A DNA stretch of 64,000 bases from an uncultured Gammaproteobacteria bacterium (GCA_964402425.1 CAYOCD010000001.1:163442-227441), one strand, 5' to 3'. Counted from the stretch's first letter, positions 47,108 through 57,951 are shown. The notes: generated by a model from the letters alone, not told the origin. Numbers and translations: made by a program.

Positions 47108-48136
47108 TCAAGCGTCTTTTGTAATGATTTTCTCAATAATTTTGCGCTTTTTCAAATAATCTTTAAACTCCGTAATTTGTCCGTTTGTACGAGCGAGATT
47201 ATGCGCTCGTCGAGATGGGTATCGAGAAGAATCCCAACCAAAATAGGTGTCCTCGAAATAATCTGTCATAAATCGGCAAGCAAGTTCGAGGGTAATCGTG
47301 CCAATAGCTTTACCAATGTATTTTTGCTCTGTTTTCTTTAAAAACGAAGCATTTGATCGATACCCTTTCCAGGCGGCACGAAATAACGGAATCGAAAACC
47401 TATTTTTTGAATCATCTTCCCCACCACCACACCAAGAACGAAATGCATCTCCAAGCTCAACAAGAACAGGTCGATGATTCACCGTATCGAGATCAACAAG
47501 AGCTTTCGCCTTCCCTGCCGCATCAAACAAAATATTTGAAATTTTTGGATCCCCATGAATAACCCGCAAAGGAATTGTTTTTGGCAAAAAAAATTTTGGA
47601 GTCTGCTCGAGAAGAAACACGACATCATCAAGCACATCAAACATAAGTTCTGAATCACGATACATCTCAACCGTTTGTCGAAATGTTTCGAAAATCTTTT
47701 CTGTATCATGCAAAACTTTTTTTGATTGAAATATATACGGCATGTTTACAACCGTTTCATGAAATCGCGCATAGATCTTCCCCGCTTCCATCGCCATCTT
47801 TGCATCCTTTAATAAGGAAATGGTTTTTCCGGGAATATATGTTTGTACACGCCACTTCCATTCCCCATCATCAACGAGTACCTCACCTGTTTTCGAAAGA
47901 ACACATTCAGGTGCAAGAAATTTTTCTTCCTTTAAATACTTCGTCACAGCCAAAAAATCCTTCGCAATTTCCGGTGACGCAAGTACCGGGTGCAAACGTT
48001 GAATGATATACTGTTTGCGATCATTCTTTATGAGAAATGTTTGATGAATAAGTCCGCTTGCGAGTTGTTTTGTTGTGACAACGTGATCAAACCCGAATGC
48101 CTTAAACACTTTTTTTGGAATCATATGTTTTTTCAT
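47108..48136 (-). CDS. Aminoglycoside-phosphotransferase / choline-kinase-like (APH superfamily) kinase
   Basis: Brenner motif HGDPKISNILFD and DLD (VDLDTV); 342 aa. Confidence 0.75.
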   Translation of the reverse strand: MKKHMIPKKVFKAFGFDHVVTTKQLASGLIHQTFLIKNDRKQYIIQRLHPVLASPEIAKDFLAVTKYLKEEKFLAPECVLSKTGEVLVDDGEWKWRVQTYIPGKTISLLKDAKMAMEAGKIYARFHETVVNMPYIFQSKKVLHDTEKIFETFRQTVEMYRDSELMFDVLDDVVFLLEQTPKFFLPKTIPLRVIHGDPKISNILFDAAGKAKALVDLDTVNHRPVLVELGDAFRSWCGGGEDDSKNRFSIPLFRAAWKGYRSNASFLKKTEQKYIGKAIGTITLELACRFMTDYFEDTYFGWDSSRYPSRRAHNLARTNGQITEFKDYLKKRKIIEKIITKDA

Positions 48137-48667
48137 TATTTTATTCTCGGGATCATCGGTATTGGTTCAAGTATTTATCTTATTCATGCAACACGAGAGT
48201 TGATTCGTGTCATGATTCCAACAATTGCAGGCGGTGGAATCTTTGTCGGAACACCCGCTGTGGCAATTGCAACCATGATTGAACTCGCCGAAATAAAACC
48301 AACGGATATCGTCATGGATCTTGGAAGTGGCGATGGTCGATTACTGATCGCGGCTGCAAAAGCTGGTGCAAAAAAATCGATTGGCTATGAGATTCAACAT
48401 TGGCTTGTTAAACAATCTCGGGAGTTGGTCGAGAACGAACATTTAAAAGACAAAATTGAAATACATCCTGATTCATTTTGGCATGTAGATGTATCGAACA
48501 CAAATCTTGTTCTGCTCTATCAAATTTCATACGCCATGAAAGGGATTGAAAAGAAACTACAAAAAGAATTACCAGTCGGCGCAAGAGTGGTTGCGAATGG
48601 ATTTAAATTTCCAAAGTGGAAAGAGGAAAAAACGATTGATAATGTTCGACTCTATATCAAAAAATAA
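48125..48667 (+). CDS. Class I SAM-dependent methyltransferase with N-terminal TM helix
   Basis: Motif I VMDLGSGDGRLLIAAAKAGA. Start at MFFHYF overlaps the divergent kinase start by about 12 nt. Later ATGs at about 48212 or 48275 are alternatives. Confidence 0.6.
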   Translation: MFFHYFILGIIGIGSSIYLIHATRELIRVMIPTIAGGGIFVGTPAVAIATMIELAEIKPTDIVMDLGSGDGRLLIAAAKAGAKKSIGYEIQHWLVKQSRELVENEHLKDKIEIHPDSFWHVDVSNTNLVLLYQISYAMKGIEKKLQKELPVGARVVANGFKFPKWKEEKTIDNVRLYIKK

Positions 48668-48842
48668 ATTCAAATGTTACAGACATCACTCTTGTAAATG
48701 ATCTCAATGAGGTAATTGGAGCAAAAGATATTTATCGCATCACAATCCTTTGAGTCACAAATTCGTAATAGGATCTTTTTCTTTGATCTTGTGATGATTA
48801 TGTACGGAAACAATCGATTGGCACAAAATATTCGCGTAAACA

Positions 48843-48874
48843 AAAACCGAGACTTATGAGTAGTCTCGGTTTTA
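48843..48874 (-). terminator. Rho-independent terminator downstream of the SPFH gene
   Basis: aaaaa-ccgagact-tatgagt-agtctcgg-tttt. Confidence 0.75.
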
Positions 48875-48885
48875 GATATATTCCT

Positions 48886-49638
48886 TTACTTTGCACCATC
48901 TCCCTTCATAAACGAAACGGCCTCTTGTACGGTTGTCATAAACTGTGCAGGAAAAATAATTGTGGAATTTTTCTCTACACTAATCTCTGCCATTGTTTGC
49001 AATGTTCTCAACTGAAGTGCAACTGGATGAGATGCAATGATGTCTGCCGCTTGTCCGAGTTTCACCGCCGCCTGAAACTCACCTTCCGCTGCAACGATTT
49101 TTGCACGGCGCTCACGTTCCGCTTCCGCCTCCTTTGCCATCGCGCGTTGCATGTTCTCCGGTAAGAAAATATCTTTAATTTCTACAACAGTTACCTGAAC
49201 TCCCCATGGTTCTGTATGAGAATCAATAACGTTTTTAATTTGCGAATTGATTGCTGCCGTTTGAGATAACACTTGATCCAATTCAAATTGCCCAATAACA
49301 TTACGAACGGTTGTTTGCGAAATTTGGTTTACCGCTTCATACACATTCTCAATTGCCAAAACGGATTTTGTGGAATCAACCACGTGATAATACGCCACAG
49401 CCGCAATGTCGATCGAAACATTATCTTTCGTGATAATTTTTTGTGACGGAATGTTCATGGTAATTGTTCGCAATGTCACCTTCGTCATTTGCTCAAGGAT
49501 TGGAACAAGAATGATCAAACCAGGACCACGCACACCCGTACATTTTCCAAGAAAAAAGATCACGCCACGATCATACTCTTTTACAACACGCAGTGAGAGA
49601 CTCAGAACAATTAAGGTGGCAAAAATGATGAAATACAT
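48886..49638 (-). CDS. SPFH/Band-7 (stomatin/prohibitin-like) membrane protein
   Basis: N-terminal TM, SPFH core, C-terminal coiled coil [27 protein letters not shown]. Confidence 0.85.
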   Translation of the reverse strand: MYFIIFATLIVLSLSLRVVKEYDRGVIFFLGKCTGVRGPGLIILVPILEQMTKVTLRTITMNIPSQKIITKDNVSIDIAAVAYYHVVDSTKSVLAIENVYEAVNQISQTTVRNVIGQFELDQVLSQTAAINSQIKNVIDSHTEPWGVQVTVVEIKDIFLPENMQRAMAKEAEAERERRAKIVAAEGEFQAAVKLGQAADIIASHPVALQLRTLQTMAEISVEKNSTIIFPAQFMTTVQEAVSFMKGDGAK

Positions 49639-49734
49639 ACAAATTTATTAACGAATAAACAATGAATACATAACTCTTCATATCTTCATCTAAAAACTCC
49701 CGATACGCAAGCATGCTTAAAACCGAATAGGGCC

Positions 49735-49777
49735 TTTTAAAAAAACATCTCGACAATTTCGAGATGTTTTTTCTTTT
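49735..49777 (-). terminator. Bidirectional terminator downstream of fusA
   Basis: aaaaaaa-catctcga-caatt-tcgagatg-ttttttctttt. Confidence 0.75.
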
Positions 49778-49778
49778 C

Positions 49779-51878
49779 CTAGTTTCCAACGCGTCGGTTT
49801 TGACCTCCACGCTTTTCGATAATTTCTTTTGCAACTCCGCCTGGAACAGCGTCGTAGTGATCAAATTCCATGGAGTAACTTGCGCGACCTTGGGTCATGC
49901 TGCGAAGCGTTGTTGCGTAGCCGAACATTTCTGCGAGCGGAATAAACGCGAGGATAACTTTTGCTCCTGAGCGGTCTTCCATACTTTGAATTTGTCCGCG
50001 CTTTGCGTTCATGTCTCCAACAACGGATCCCATGAAGTCTTCCGGGGTAACGGCTTCAACTTTCATGATCGGCTCCATAAGTTCCACACCAGCTTTCTTG
50101 GCCGCGTCTTGGAATGCCATAGATCCCGCGATCTTAAAGGCTGCTTCTGAAGAGTCGACATCGTGGAATGAACCATCGGTTAAGATAACTTTAACATCCA
50201 AAAGTGGGTATCCAGCAAGAACTCCGCGATCTGCAGCTTCATGCGCACCTTTTTCAATTGGGTTAAAGAACTCTCTTGGAACAGATCCACCTTTGATTTC
50301 TTCTTCGAATTCGAATCCGGATCCTGGTGGCAATTTTTCGATACGCACAACCGCGTGTCCGTATTGTCCCTTTCCACCTGTTTGACGAACGTATTTTCCT
50401 TCTCCTTCCGCGTTTCCTTTAATAGTTTCGCGGTAAGAAACTTGTGGAGTTCCAACGTTACAATCAACCGAAAACTCACGCTTCATACGATCCACAATAA
50501 TGTCCAAGTGCAATTCTCCCATTCCGGAAATAATAACTTGGTTTGTCTCCTCGTCCGTACGAACGCGGAAGGTTGGATCTTCTTCAGCCAATTTTTGAAG
50601 AGCAACTCCCATTTTTTCTTGGTCGCCCTTTGTTTTTGGCTCAATAGCGATAGAGATAACTGGTTCTGGGAACACAATTGCCTCAAGCAAAATTGGGTTT
50701 TCAGGATCACAAAGTGTGTGACCAGTAAATGTTTCTTTAAGTCCTACCATAGCCGCAATTTCTCCGGCATAGACTTCTTGAACTTCTTCACGTGTGTTTG
50801 CGTGCAAACGAACGATACGTCCGACACGTTCTTTTGCTCCGTTTGAAGAGTTCAAAATGTAGGTACCTGCTTTTACGGAACCAGAGTACACACGGAAGAA
50901 GGCAAGCTTTCCAACAAATGGATCCGCTGCGATCTTAAACGCAAGTGCTGCAAATGGTTCAGAGTCAGACGAATGACGATCGATAACTTTTTCATGATCA
51001 TCTGGGTCTGTTCCGTGAAAAGACGGAACATCAAGCGGGCTTGGCAAGTAAGCAACGACCGCATCCAACAAAAGTTGAACACCTTTGTTTTTAAGCGCGG
51101 AACCACACATGATTGGAATGAATTCGTTTGAAATGGTTGTACGACGAATAACAGGATTCATTTCTGCTTCTGTAATGAATTCACCTGCCAAATACTTTTC
51201 CATCAACTTTTCATCATTCTCACAAACAGCCTCAACGAGAATAGTTCGGTATTCTTCTGCTTTTGCCTTGTATTCTTCTGGAATGTCTGTTTCCTCTACT
51301 TCACGTCCCGCTTCATCGCGATACATGAATGCACGCATCTTCAACAAATCAATAATTCCGTTGAATCCACCTTCTGTTCCAATTGGAAGTTGGATGCAGT
51401 ATGCACGCTTTGTTAAACGATTGTGAACAGAAGCAACATCTTTATAAAAATCTGCTCCTGTGCGATCGAGTTTATTGATGAACACAATGCGAGGCACTTT
51501 AAAATCATCCGCATAGCGCCAGTTTGTTTCAGATTGTGGCTCCACTCCGGCAACACCATCAAAAACAGCAATTCCTCCGTCCAAAACACGCATGGAACGC
51601 TTCACCTCAACGGTAAAGTCGATGTGTCCTGGAGTATCGATCAAGTTCAATTGATGATCTTTCCAAAAACAGGTTGTTGCAGCGGCTGTAATGGTAATTC
51701 CACGTTCCTTTTCTTGTTCCATCCAGTCCATGGTTGCAGCACCTTCGTGCACTTCACCAATTTTGTGTTTCTTTCCTGTATAAAAAAGCACGCGTTCAGA
51801 AACGGTTGTTTTTCCCGCATCAATGTGGGCAAAAATTCCGAAGTTACGAACGTCTTGCAATGGGTATTCTCTAGGCAT
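49779..51878 (-). CDS. fusA: Elongation factor G
   Basis: [17 protein letters not shown], five-domain length of 699 aa. Confidence 0.97.
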   Translation of the reverse strand: MPREYPLQDVRNFGIFAHIDAGKTTVSERVLFYTGKKHKIGEVHEGAATMDWMEQEKERGITITAAATTCFWKDHQLNLIDTPGHIDFTVEVKRSMRVLDGGIAVFDGVAGVEPQSETNWRYADDFKVPRIVFINKLDRTGADFYKDVASVHNRLTKRAYCIQLPIGTEGGFNGIIDLLKMRAFMYRDEAGREVEETDIPEEYKAKAEEYRTILVEAVCENDEKLMEKYLAGEFITEAEMNPVIRRTTISNEFIPIMCGSALKNKGVQLLLDAVVAYLPSPLDVPSFHGTDPDDHEKVIDRHSSDSEPFAALAFKIAADPFVGKLAFFRVYSGSVKAGTYILNSSNGAKERVGRIVRLHANTREEVQEVYAGEIAAMVGLKETFTGHTLCDPENPILLEAIVFPEPVISIAIEPKTKGDQEKMGVALQKLAEEDPTFRVRTDEETNQVIISGMGELHLDIIVDRMKREFSVDCNVGTPQVSYRETIKGNAEGEGKYVRQTGGKGQYGHAVVRIEKLPPGSGFEFEEEIKGGSVPREFFNPIEKGAHEAADRGVLAGYPLLDVKVILTDGSFHDVDSSEAAFKIAGSMAFQDAAKKAGVELMEPIMKVEAVTPEDFMGSVVGDMNAKRGQIQSMEDRSGAKVILAFIPLAEMFGYATTLRSMTQGRASYSMEFDHYDAVPGGVAKEIIEKRGGQNRRVGN

Positions 51879-51920
51879 AAAGAATGATAGAAAGATTTGA
51901 GGAGGTTAAAAAGTTGGAAT

Positions 51921-52388
51921 CTACTTAGCGAAGTGAGCAAAGGCACGGTTGGCTTCTGCCATACGTTGTACATCCAATTTCTTCTTAACAGCATCCCCTT
52001 CTCCATTTGCAGCTGCAAGCAATTCATCTGCAAGCTTTTCTGCCATACGGCGGCCTTTCTTTGCACGAGCAGCTGTAATAATCCAGCGGAATGTCAAAAG
52101 ATAACGACGATCACCACGAACAGACATTGGAACCTGGTAGTTTGCTCCTCCAACACGTTTACTCTTCACTTCCAAAGAAGGCATAACGTTTTTAAGAGCT
52201 TTTTCAAATGTTTCAATTGGGTCTTCGCTTGTTTTTTTATTCATGAGTTCAAACGCGTCATACACAATTCCTTGTGCAACGGTCTTTTTCCCGTTTTGCA
52301 TGATGGTGTTCACAAGTTTTGCAACAACAACATTTCCAAACTTAGGGTCTGGGGTAATCTCACGTCGGGTCGCTTTTTTTCCGCGCAT
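51921..52388 (-). CDS. rpsG: 30S ribosomal protein S7
   Basis: The track start at 52430 is a TTG. ATG at MRGKKATRREITPDPKF matches the canonical S7 N-terminus. Confidence 0.9.
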   Translation of the reverse strand: MRGKKATRREITPDPKFGNVVVAKLVNTIMQNGKKTVAQGIVYDAFELMNKKTSEDPIETFEKALKNVMPSLEVKSKRVGGANYQVPMSVRGDRRYLLTFRWIITAARAKKGRRMAEKLADELLAAANGEGDAVKKKLDVQRMAEANRAFAHFAK

Positions 52389-52460
52389 AATGTTATGAAA
52401 TAATCGAATGGAATTTATTCCCCGACTCAAGAATCAGGTACTCCATTCATGAATGAAATT

Positions 52461-52889
52461 TTACGCCTTTTTTACTTTTGGACGTTGTGCACCGTATTTT
52501 GAACGGCCTTGCATACGACCCTTTACTCCTTGAGCATCATACACACCACGAACGATGTGATAACGCACACCAGGAAGATCTTTCACGCGACCACCTCGAA
52601 TCATGACGATAGAGTGCTCTTGAAGATTGTGACCTTCACCTGGGATGTAGGCATTTACTTCTGTTCCGTTTGAAAGACGCACACGAGCGATTTTACGGAT
52701 AGCAGAGTTTGGCTTCTTTGGAGTCATGGTTGCAACCTTCACACAAACACCACGCTTAAATGGACTTCCTTTAATAAGGGAGGTTTTTTTGCGGTGCAAG
52801 GAGTCAAAGGTGTACTGCATGGCAGGAGACTTTGACTTGGATCCTTTGCTCGTGCGTCCTTTACGAATAAGTTGATTGACTGTTGGCAT
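52461..52889 (-). CDS. rpsL: 30S ribosomal protein S12
   Basis: [12 protein letters not shown]...PKKPNSA. Confidence 0.97.
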   Translation of the reverse strand: MPTVNQLIRKGRTSKGSKSKSPAMQYTFDSLHRKKTSLIKGSPFKRGVCVKVATMTPKKPNSAIRKIARVRLSNGTEVNAYIPGEGHNLQEHSIVMIRGGRVKDLPGVRYHIVRGVYDAQGVKGRMQGRSKYGAQRPKVKKA

Positions 52890-53060
52890 AGTGATGAGTT
52901 TAGGCTCGAAGAAAGCCGGATGGCCAAAGGGCCAATAAAGACATTATAAGAAAAATAAAACTCAAATAAATTGAGGTCGACGAATTTCTGAATTTCAGCA
53001 GCGTTTTATGTGGCCAAAAGATATCACGGAGATGGAAAAGCGTCAAGAATATTAAGGAAA

Positions 53061-53094
53061 AGAAAAACCCCAAGTGTTCAGAGAACACTTGGGG
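53061..53094 (-). terminator. Strong rho-independent terminator after the helicase gene
   Basis: Minus strand: ccccaagtgttc-tct-gaacacttgggg (12-bp stem) followed by tttttctttt. Confidence 0.8.
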
Positions 53095-53105
53095 TAAGAA
53101 AACCT

Positions 53106-56100
53106 CTACTGCAGGAGTTGCGTCGGCAATCCAGGGAACATGTTGAGACCGTCTTTGAGAACACGCTCGACATCGACCTTCGTCTTCCCCACCTTGCGAT
53201 AGAGACTGATTTTGGTCGAACCATTCCCGGGAATCACATGACACCACCAGGGTTCGCCTGCATTCGGGTACCGGGACAGATCGTCGCCATAGGGAGCATC
53301 GACAAGCTCGCGCTTGTACTCTGCAACCATGGTTCCGTTGCCGCGATCTCTGAACGTGAGGCAAACAACTTCACCCGATGTCACTTTTCGCTTGAGGTCA
53401 TCAACAAATGCGAGTTCGGCTTCAAGAGCCTTCTTCGCCTCGTCGAGTTCCGCAAGCCAAATTTCAATAAGCTCTTTATCTTCCACAAGTGACCGTGGAA
53501 GCCGGATCACATTTGAACGAACCACAACGCATTCTTCGCGATCAATGCGTTGACGTTCAATACGCGCCGCATTTTCACGCTCCAGCCGTTCAACGATCTC
53601 CGCATATCGCCGCAGTTCATTCGGCGCCGTCGTGAGATCAAACGCGTTCGTGCTATTCACACGCACACACGTAATCTCACGCTGATTACTATCACGGAAT
53701 TCCATCCGCTTTCCGCCCGAGTAATCGAACACGTACCCAAGGGCACGCACACGAGCATCGAGCACGGCGAACTCTTCGCGTAGTGGAGCGAATTCGGCTT
53801 GCGCCTTTTCGCGCGCCTTGCGCGTTTCTTCTTCGCGACGAGCATGCTCTGCGGCCACCTCACGTTCACGCTGCAGTTCTGCCGCGTGTTCCGCTTGGTA
53901 CGCCTTGAGCGCGTCGCCTGTGAGTATATCTTCTGACGTTATGGTGTTCATCGCAGCGACAACGAGTTCAGGTGTGGATTCCGCCACAATCTTTTTCGCA
54001 ATCGCTTTCGTGAACTGATCCACATACGGCTGAATGCGCTTGCGGCGCTCTTCTCCATAAACATACAACGCACTCGTCGGAAAATTCTGCTGCCACAGCT
54101 TTGCGAGCTGCGGTGCATTATTAACGAAAAACCCAAACCCGTCCGAAAGCTGCATTGCAACCAAAGCGGCAATGGACGGAATGAGCGTTTCCGGAATCGT
54201 CTCCAAGGTTTTACGCTCGAGTTCGATTCCGTTCCAGGTGCGACAACAAACGAACATCTCAGCACCGCTCGAGAAAATATTTTCTCGTGCCACACTAACC
54301 ACAGTCTTACACGCTTCCACCGGAACAAGTTCCGACAACCATTTCTCGTCAATCGCATGACATCCGTGCATGTAGGTTTTGGTTCCACGATCGCTCGTGG
54401 TTCCCATTGCCTTCGTGCACACAAGCAATTCCGGCGGATCATCTCCAAACAGCGCAGAGCCGGGAGAGATGAACGTCGTGCGATCGTTCCAGGAATAATT
54501 GAACCGCCCAGACTTCTGAGCGATATTCACAATGAGCCCCGAGGCAACAGCCTTGCGGAGCTTGAGGGAATCTTGCGACGACGAATAGGTAACCCCTTCC
54601 TGCTCGAGCGTGCTCATCAGTTGATCGCGCAAACGATCCACCTGAGTGAGCGCACGAGACGAAAGGAAATTCTCCCTCGCCCACCGATGATCTCCGTCGG
54701 TCCGGTCCCAGTCCCGCCACACCTTGAGAAAAGTGAGCAAGTCCGAGTTCGGATCGTCAAAGCCTTTCTTCGCCCGACGAGCTTCTTCACGCTTGTCCTT
54801 CGGAGCAACGAAGATCGGCCTCGTGCCGGCAAGGCACGCAGCGATCGTGATCACTTCATCGAGACATTCGTGCCGTTCGCCCTCGAGAATCATGCGCCCA
54901 ATCATCGGCTCCACATGGAACCGCTTCATCCGCATGCCATCCTTCGTGACCTCGCCGTCCGCATCGAGCGCACCGAGCAGCTTCAGACGCGTTTCCGCAT
55001 CCTTCCACTGCACAGTCTTCGGTGCATCCATGAGATCTAGGGCGAGAATTTCCGAAAGCGTATACTTCAGGCAGCGCAAATCCAGGAGCACTTGATCGAG
55101 CGACATGCGCAGGATCTCGGGCTTCGTGAACGCCACGCGGCTTTCGAAATCTTCCTGACTGAACAGACGATGGCAGATGCCATCTTGAGTTCGACCCGCC
55201 CGGCCCTTACGCTGATCGCAACCGGCACGAGAGTGCTCGGTGACTTGCAGCGCAGACATCGACGCATCCACGTACACCGTTGCCTTGATCTGTCCAGAGT
55301 CGACCACGTGTCGAACTCCGTCAATCGTGAGCGAGGTTTCCGCGATGTTCGTCGCCACAATGATGCGGCGGCGACCATCCACCTTGAACACTTCTTTCTG
55401 ATCATCCGGCGCCTGCGAGCCGTAAAGCGGCAGGAACCGATAGCGCGACAATTCGCGTTCCTTTTCCTTCTCGAGAGCATTCACGACTTGCGTGATGCTT
55501 GCTTGATCAGGGAGAAACGCAAGAATGTCGCCCGGCTCATTGTTGTGCAAGATCTCGAGAATCTTCTCGATCATTGCCTTGACCATGTCGCCGCTCTCCG
55601 GCGTCTCCTTCGCGTAGCGGACCTCGACCGGGAAAACCCGACCAGGAACCGTGAGCACAGGAGCGTTGCCGAAGTACTTCGAGAACTTCTCCGTATCGAT
55701 CGTGGCCGACATGACCACAACCTTGAGGTCTGCACGCTTCGGGAGCACGCTCTTCACGAGCGCCATGAGAAGGTCTTGATTCACGCCGCGCTCATGCACC
55801 TCGTCGAGGCAGATGACGCTGTAGCGATGAAGAAGCGGATCCGAATGGAGCTGGTTCAGCAGCACACCTTCGGTGATGTACGCGAGTCGCGTTTCATCTC
55901 CGAGCATACGATCCTGTCCAATCTGGTAACCCACCACAGCCCCGAGATCGGTGCCGTAGAGTTCAGACACCCAGTCTGCGAGCATGGTCGCAGCCGGCCG
56001 CCGAGGTTCGGAAACCCCGATTAGCTTGTGGCTACCGAGTCCGGCCCGCAAAAGCGCGAGCGGACCCTTGGTCGACTTTCCCGCGCCGGTTTGGGCGGCG

Positions 56101-56180
56101 AGAATGACAACCTGGTTTTTACGAACAAGGTCGAGAAACTCGGCCTCATATGCATCAAACGGAAGAATGAGTTCAGACAC
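53106..56180 (-). CDS. DEAH/RHA-family ATP-dependent helicase (HrpB/HrpA-like) with an uncharacterised about 440-aa C-terminal extension; visibly GC-rich gene
   Basis: Motif I AQTGAGKST, II LDEVHER, V TNIAETSLTIDGV, VI QRKGRAGR, then HA2/OB-like. The C-terminal half is rich in coiled-coil/charged segments. GC is clearly above flanks by eye. Confidence 0.8.
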   Translation of the reverse strand: MSELILPFDAYEAEFLDLVRKNQVVILAAQTGAGKSTKGPLALLRAGLGSHKLIGVSEPRRPAATMLADWVSELYGTDLGAVVGYQIGQDRMLGDETRLAYITEGVLLNQLHSDPLLHRYSVICLDEVHERGVNQDLLMALVKSVLPKRADLKVVVMSATIDTEKFSKYFGNAPVLTVPGRVFPVEVRYAKETPESGDMVKAMIEKILEILHNNEPGDILAFLPDQASITQVVNALEKEKERELSRYRFLPLYGSQAPDDQKEVFKVDGRRRIIVATNIAETSLTIDGVRHVVDSGQIKATVYVDASMSALQVTEHSRAGCDQRKGRAGRTQDGICHRLFSQEDFESRVAFTKPEILRMSLDQVLLDLRCLKYTLSEILALDLMDAPKTVQWKDAETRLKLLGALDADGEVTKDGMRMKRFHVEPMIGRMILEGERHECLDEVITIAACLAGTRPIFVAPKDKREEARRAKKGFDDPNSDLLTFLKVWRDWDRTDGDHRWARENFLSSRALTQVDRLRDQLMSTLEQEGVTYSSSQDSLKLRKAVASGLIVNIAQKSGRFNYSWNDRTTFISPGSALFGDDPPELLVCTKAMGTTSDRGTKTYMHGCHAIDEKWLSELVPVEACKTVVSVARENIFSSGAEMFVCCRTWNGIELERKTLETIPETLIPSIAALVAMQLSDGFGFFVNNAPQLAKLWQQNFPTSALYVYGEERRKRIQPYVDQFTKAIAKKIVAESTPELVVAAMNTITSEDILTGDALKAYQAEHAAELQREREVAAEHARREEETRKAREKAQAEFAPLREEFAVLDARVRALGYVFDYSGGKRMEFRDSNQREITCVRVNSTNAFDLTTAPNELRRYAEIVERLERENAARIERQRIDREECVVVRSNVIRLPRSLVEDKELIEIWLAELDEAKKALEAELAFVDDLKRKVTSGEVVCLTFRDRGNGTMVAEYKRELVDAPYGDDLSRYPNAGEPWWCHVIPGNGSTKISLYRKVGKTKVDVERVLKDGLNMFPGLPTQLLQ

Positions 56181-56194
56181 GTGTCACCTCTGAT

Positions 56195-56275
56195 TTTGTG
56201 TCATTGCGAGGAGTTCGACGACGAAGCAATCTTAACGAAAAGGTTGCTTCGCTTCGCTCGCAATGACAGTTGCCT
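56195..56275 (-). other. Long (about 75 nt) nested inverted-repeat hairpin in the helicase 5' leader
   Basis: gtcattgcgag...ctcgcaatgac outer 11-bp IR enclosing gaagcaatc...ggttgcttc. Confidence 0.45.
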
Positions 56276-56400
56276 AAAATGGTTCGGTTTTATCGAACAA
56301 TCGTACAAAAACTCAGACGAACTTCGCCTAATTTTTGACGGATAACTATATCACAAAAATGCACTTTTGTCAAGTGTTTACGGGGACTTTTTGTATTTTT

Positions 56401-56430
56401 TCAAACAAAAAACCCGAGAAATTTCTCGAG
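56401..56430 (-). terminator. Terminator downstream of the BtpA-like gene
   Basis: Minus strand: ctcgagaaatttctcggg followed by ttttttg. The stem is a perfect palindrome cgagaaatttctcg. Confidence 0.65.
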
Positions 56431-56435
56431 CAGTA

Positions 56436-57128
56436 TTAATGAGTTTCCCCCATTGCATCCGCAAAAGTGCGAACGCGAGCGGGATTCAGTTCTGTGTGTG
56501 AATCACTGATTCCGGTCGCGACAAGGAAATAGTCGGCGTACGGAAGGAATAAACGAATGTTTTCTGGAGTCATACCGCTTGCAATCGCAAGGGGCTTGTC
56601 CGGAACCGCTTCTTTCATGAGACGAATCTTGTCGACATCCGGAGCCGATCCTGTTCCAGAACCGCTCGTTGTGATGACGTCCACAAATGGTGCGGCGAGC
56701 TTGGCATCCGATGCCGGATCGCCAAACTGTGGTTGATACTTGAATGCGACTCCTCCAAAGAACAATCCTTTCCACCGCTGAGCCGTAGCCTTTTGAATCG
56801 CACGATACCGACGTGCGTTATACGAAGGATCCGCAAGGTCAGCGCGAATATCAACGGAATCAACCCAGATCCCGGAAACATCCGGAGGAACAATCGTAAG
56901 TATTTGTGCCGGTTCAAGACCAAGACAATTCAGTCCGATCCAAGCTCTTGGAAACAACCTGCGTATCTGACAAAAAATAGTCAGAAGTTGCTGTGATGTG
57001 ATTGAGTGATTGATGAGAAAAATTCCATGTGCACCATTCTCAAACGCAACATGCACATTGCGCAAAGCTTGCGCGGAATATTCCACATGGATGACGGGAA
57101 GAAATGCGCGCTTCGGAAGATGAAACAT
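56436..57128 (-). CDS. BtpA/SgcQ-family TIM-barrel protein (tentative)
   Basis: LPVIHVEY...GAHGIFLINH N-terminus and ITTSGSGTGSAPDVDKIRLMKEAV...AIASGMTPENI resemble BtpA family motifs. Start at MFHLPKRAF. Confidence 0.5.
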   Translation of the reverse strand: MFHLPKRAFLPVIHVEYSAQALRNVHVAFENGAHGIFLINHSITSQQLLTIFCQIRRLFPRAWIGLNCLGLEPAQILTIVPPDVSGIWVDSVDIRADLADPSYNARRYRAIQKATAQRWKGLFFGGVAFKYQPQFGDPASDAKLAAPFVDVITTSGSGTGSAPDVDKIRLMKEAVPDKPLAIASGMTPENIRLFLPYADYFLVATGISDSHTELNPARVRTFADAMGETH

Positions 57129-57206
57129 GGAACACCTCAACAAAATGAACTAAAGAAACGTTAGCGAAAAAACATGATTACGTCAACATTTCTTCCCAAT
57201 AAAAAA

Positions 57207-57245
57207 CATCTCCGTTACGTGGAGATGTTTTTATTTTTTGTATCA
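57207..57245 (-). terminator. Bidirectional terminator
   Basis: aaaaaac-atctccg-ttacg-tggagat-gtttttatttttt. Confidence 0.7.
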
Positions 57246-57264
57246 ATAGAACGGACATCTTTTT

Positions 57265-57948
57265 TTACAACGAAGAAAATAACAATCCTTGATACGCCGC
57301 GCAGCTTGCGCCGGATAATGCGTCACAAATGGCGTATGCAGGAGTTGAAATAAAAAAGAACACATTGAAATTTGTGAGGAGCGCAACAAAAACGGCAAAC
57401 ATCAAAATTTGTGGACCACGAACCGCAACAAAACTTCTGAGCTTTTCATGTTTTGGTGCATCAAAAAGGGCAAAAAATAATTTTGAGCCATCAAGTGGAT
57501 GAATTGGAATCACGTTGAAAAGCGCCAAAAATAAATTTAACAGAGTCAGAAAAAACAGAAAAGCTGTGAGTAAGCTGTACGGAGACAACCCGCCATTCAC
57601 AACCAACAATCGAAACGCAATAGAAGAAATAGTTGCGATGGTGAGATTTGAAACAGGCCCCGCAAGCGCAATCATGACAGAATCCCACTTAGGATTTTTT
57701 AAATTGTATGGATTAAACGGAACTGGTTTTGCCCAACCAAATCCAAATAACAAAAGTGGAATAAATCCAAACAGATCCACGTGTGCAAGCGGATTCAATG
57801 TTAATCGCCCTTCACGTTCTGCGGTTTGATCCCCTTTCCATTTTCCGACAAGCGCATGCGAAAATTCATGAACCGTAAGCGAAATTAAAATAGCGATCGT
57901 CCAAGCAAACGCAAGAGGGGGTGAAGAAAAAAGTAAAGTAAGAAACAT
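57265..57948 (-). CDS. Site-2 protease family zinc metalloprotease (M50)
   Basis: HEFSHAL zinc motif in a TM helix, LDGSKL second motif, polytopic. Confidence 0.85.
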   Translation of the reverse strand: MFLTLLFSSPPLAFAWTIAILISLTVHEFSHALVGKWKGDQTAEREGRLTLNPLAHVDLFGFIPLLLFGFGWAKPVPFNPYNLKNPKWDSVMIALAGPVSNLTIATISSIAFRLLVVNGGLSPYSLLTAFLFFLTLLNLFLALFNVIPIHPLDGSKLFFALFDAPKHEKLRSFVAVRGPQILMFAVFVALLTNFNVFFFISTPAYAICDALSGASCAAYQGLLFSSL

Positions 57949-57951
57949 AAT

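Noticed and set aside
55092-56024. 310-aa plus-strand ORF (and several others) antisense to the helicase
   Set aside because: Stop-codon-poor antisense frames are expected in GC-rich DNA. The helicase frame carries all DEAH motifs.
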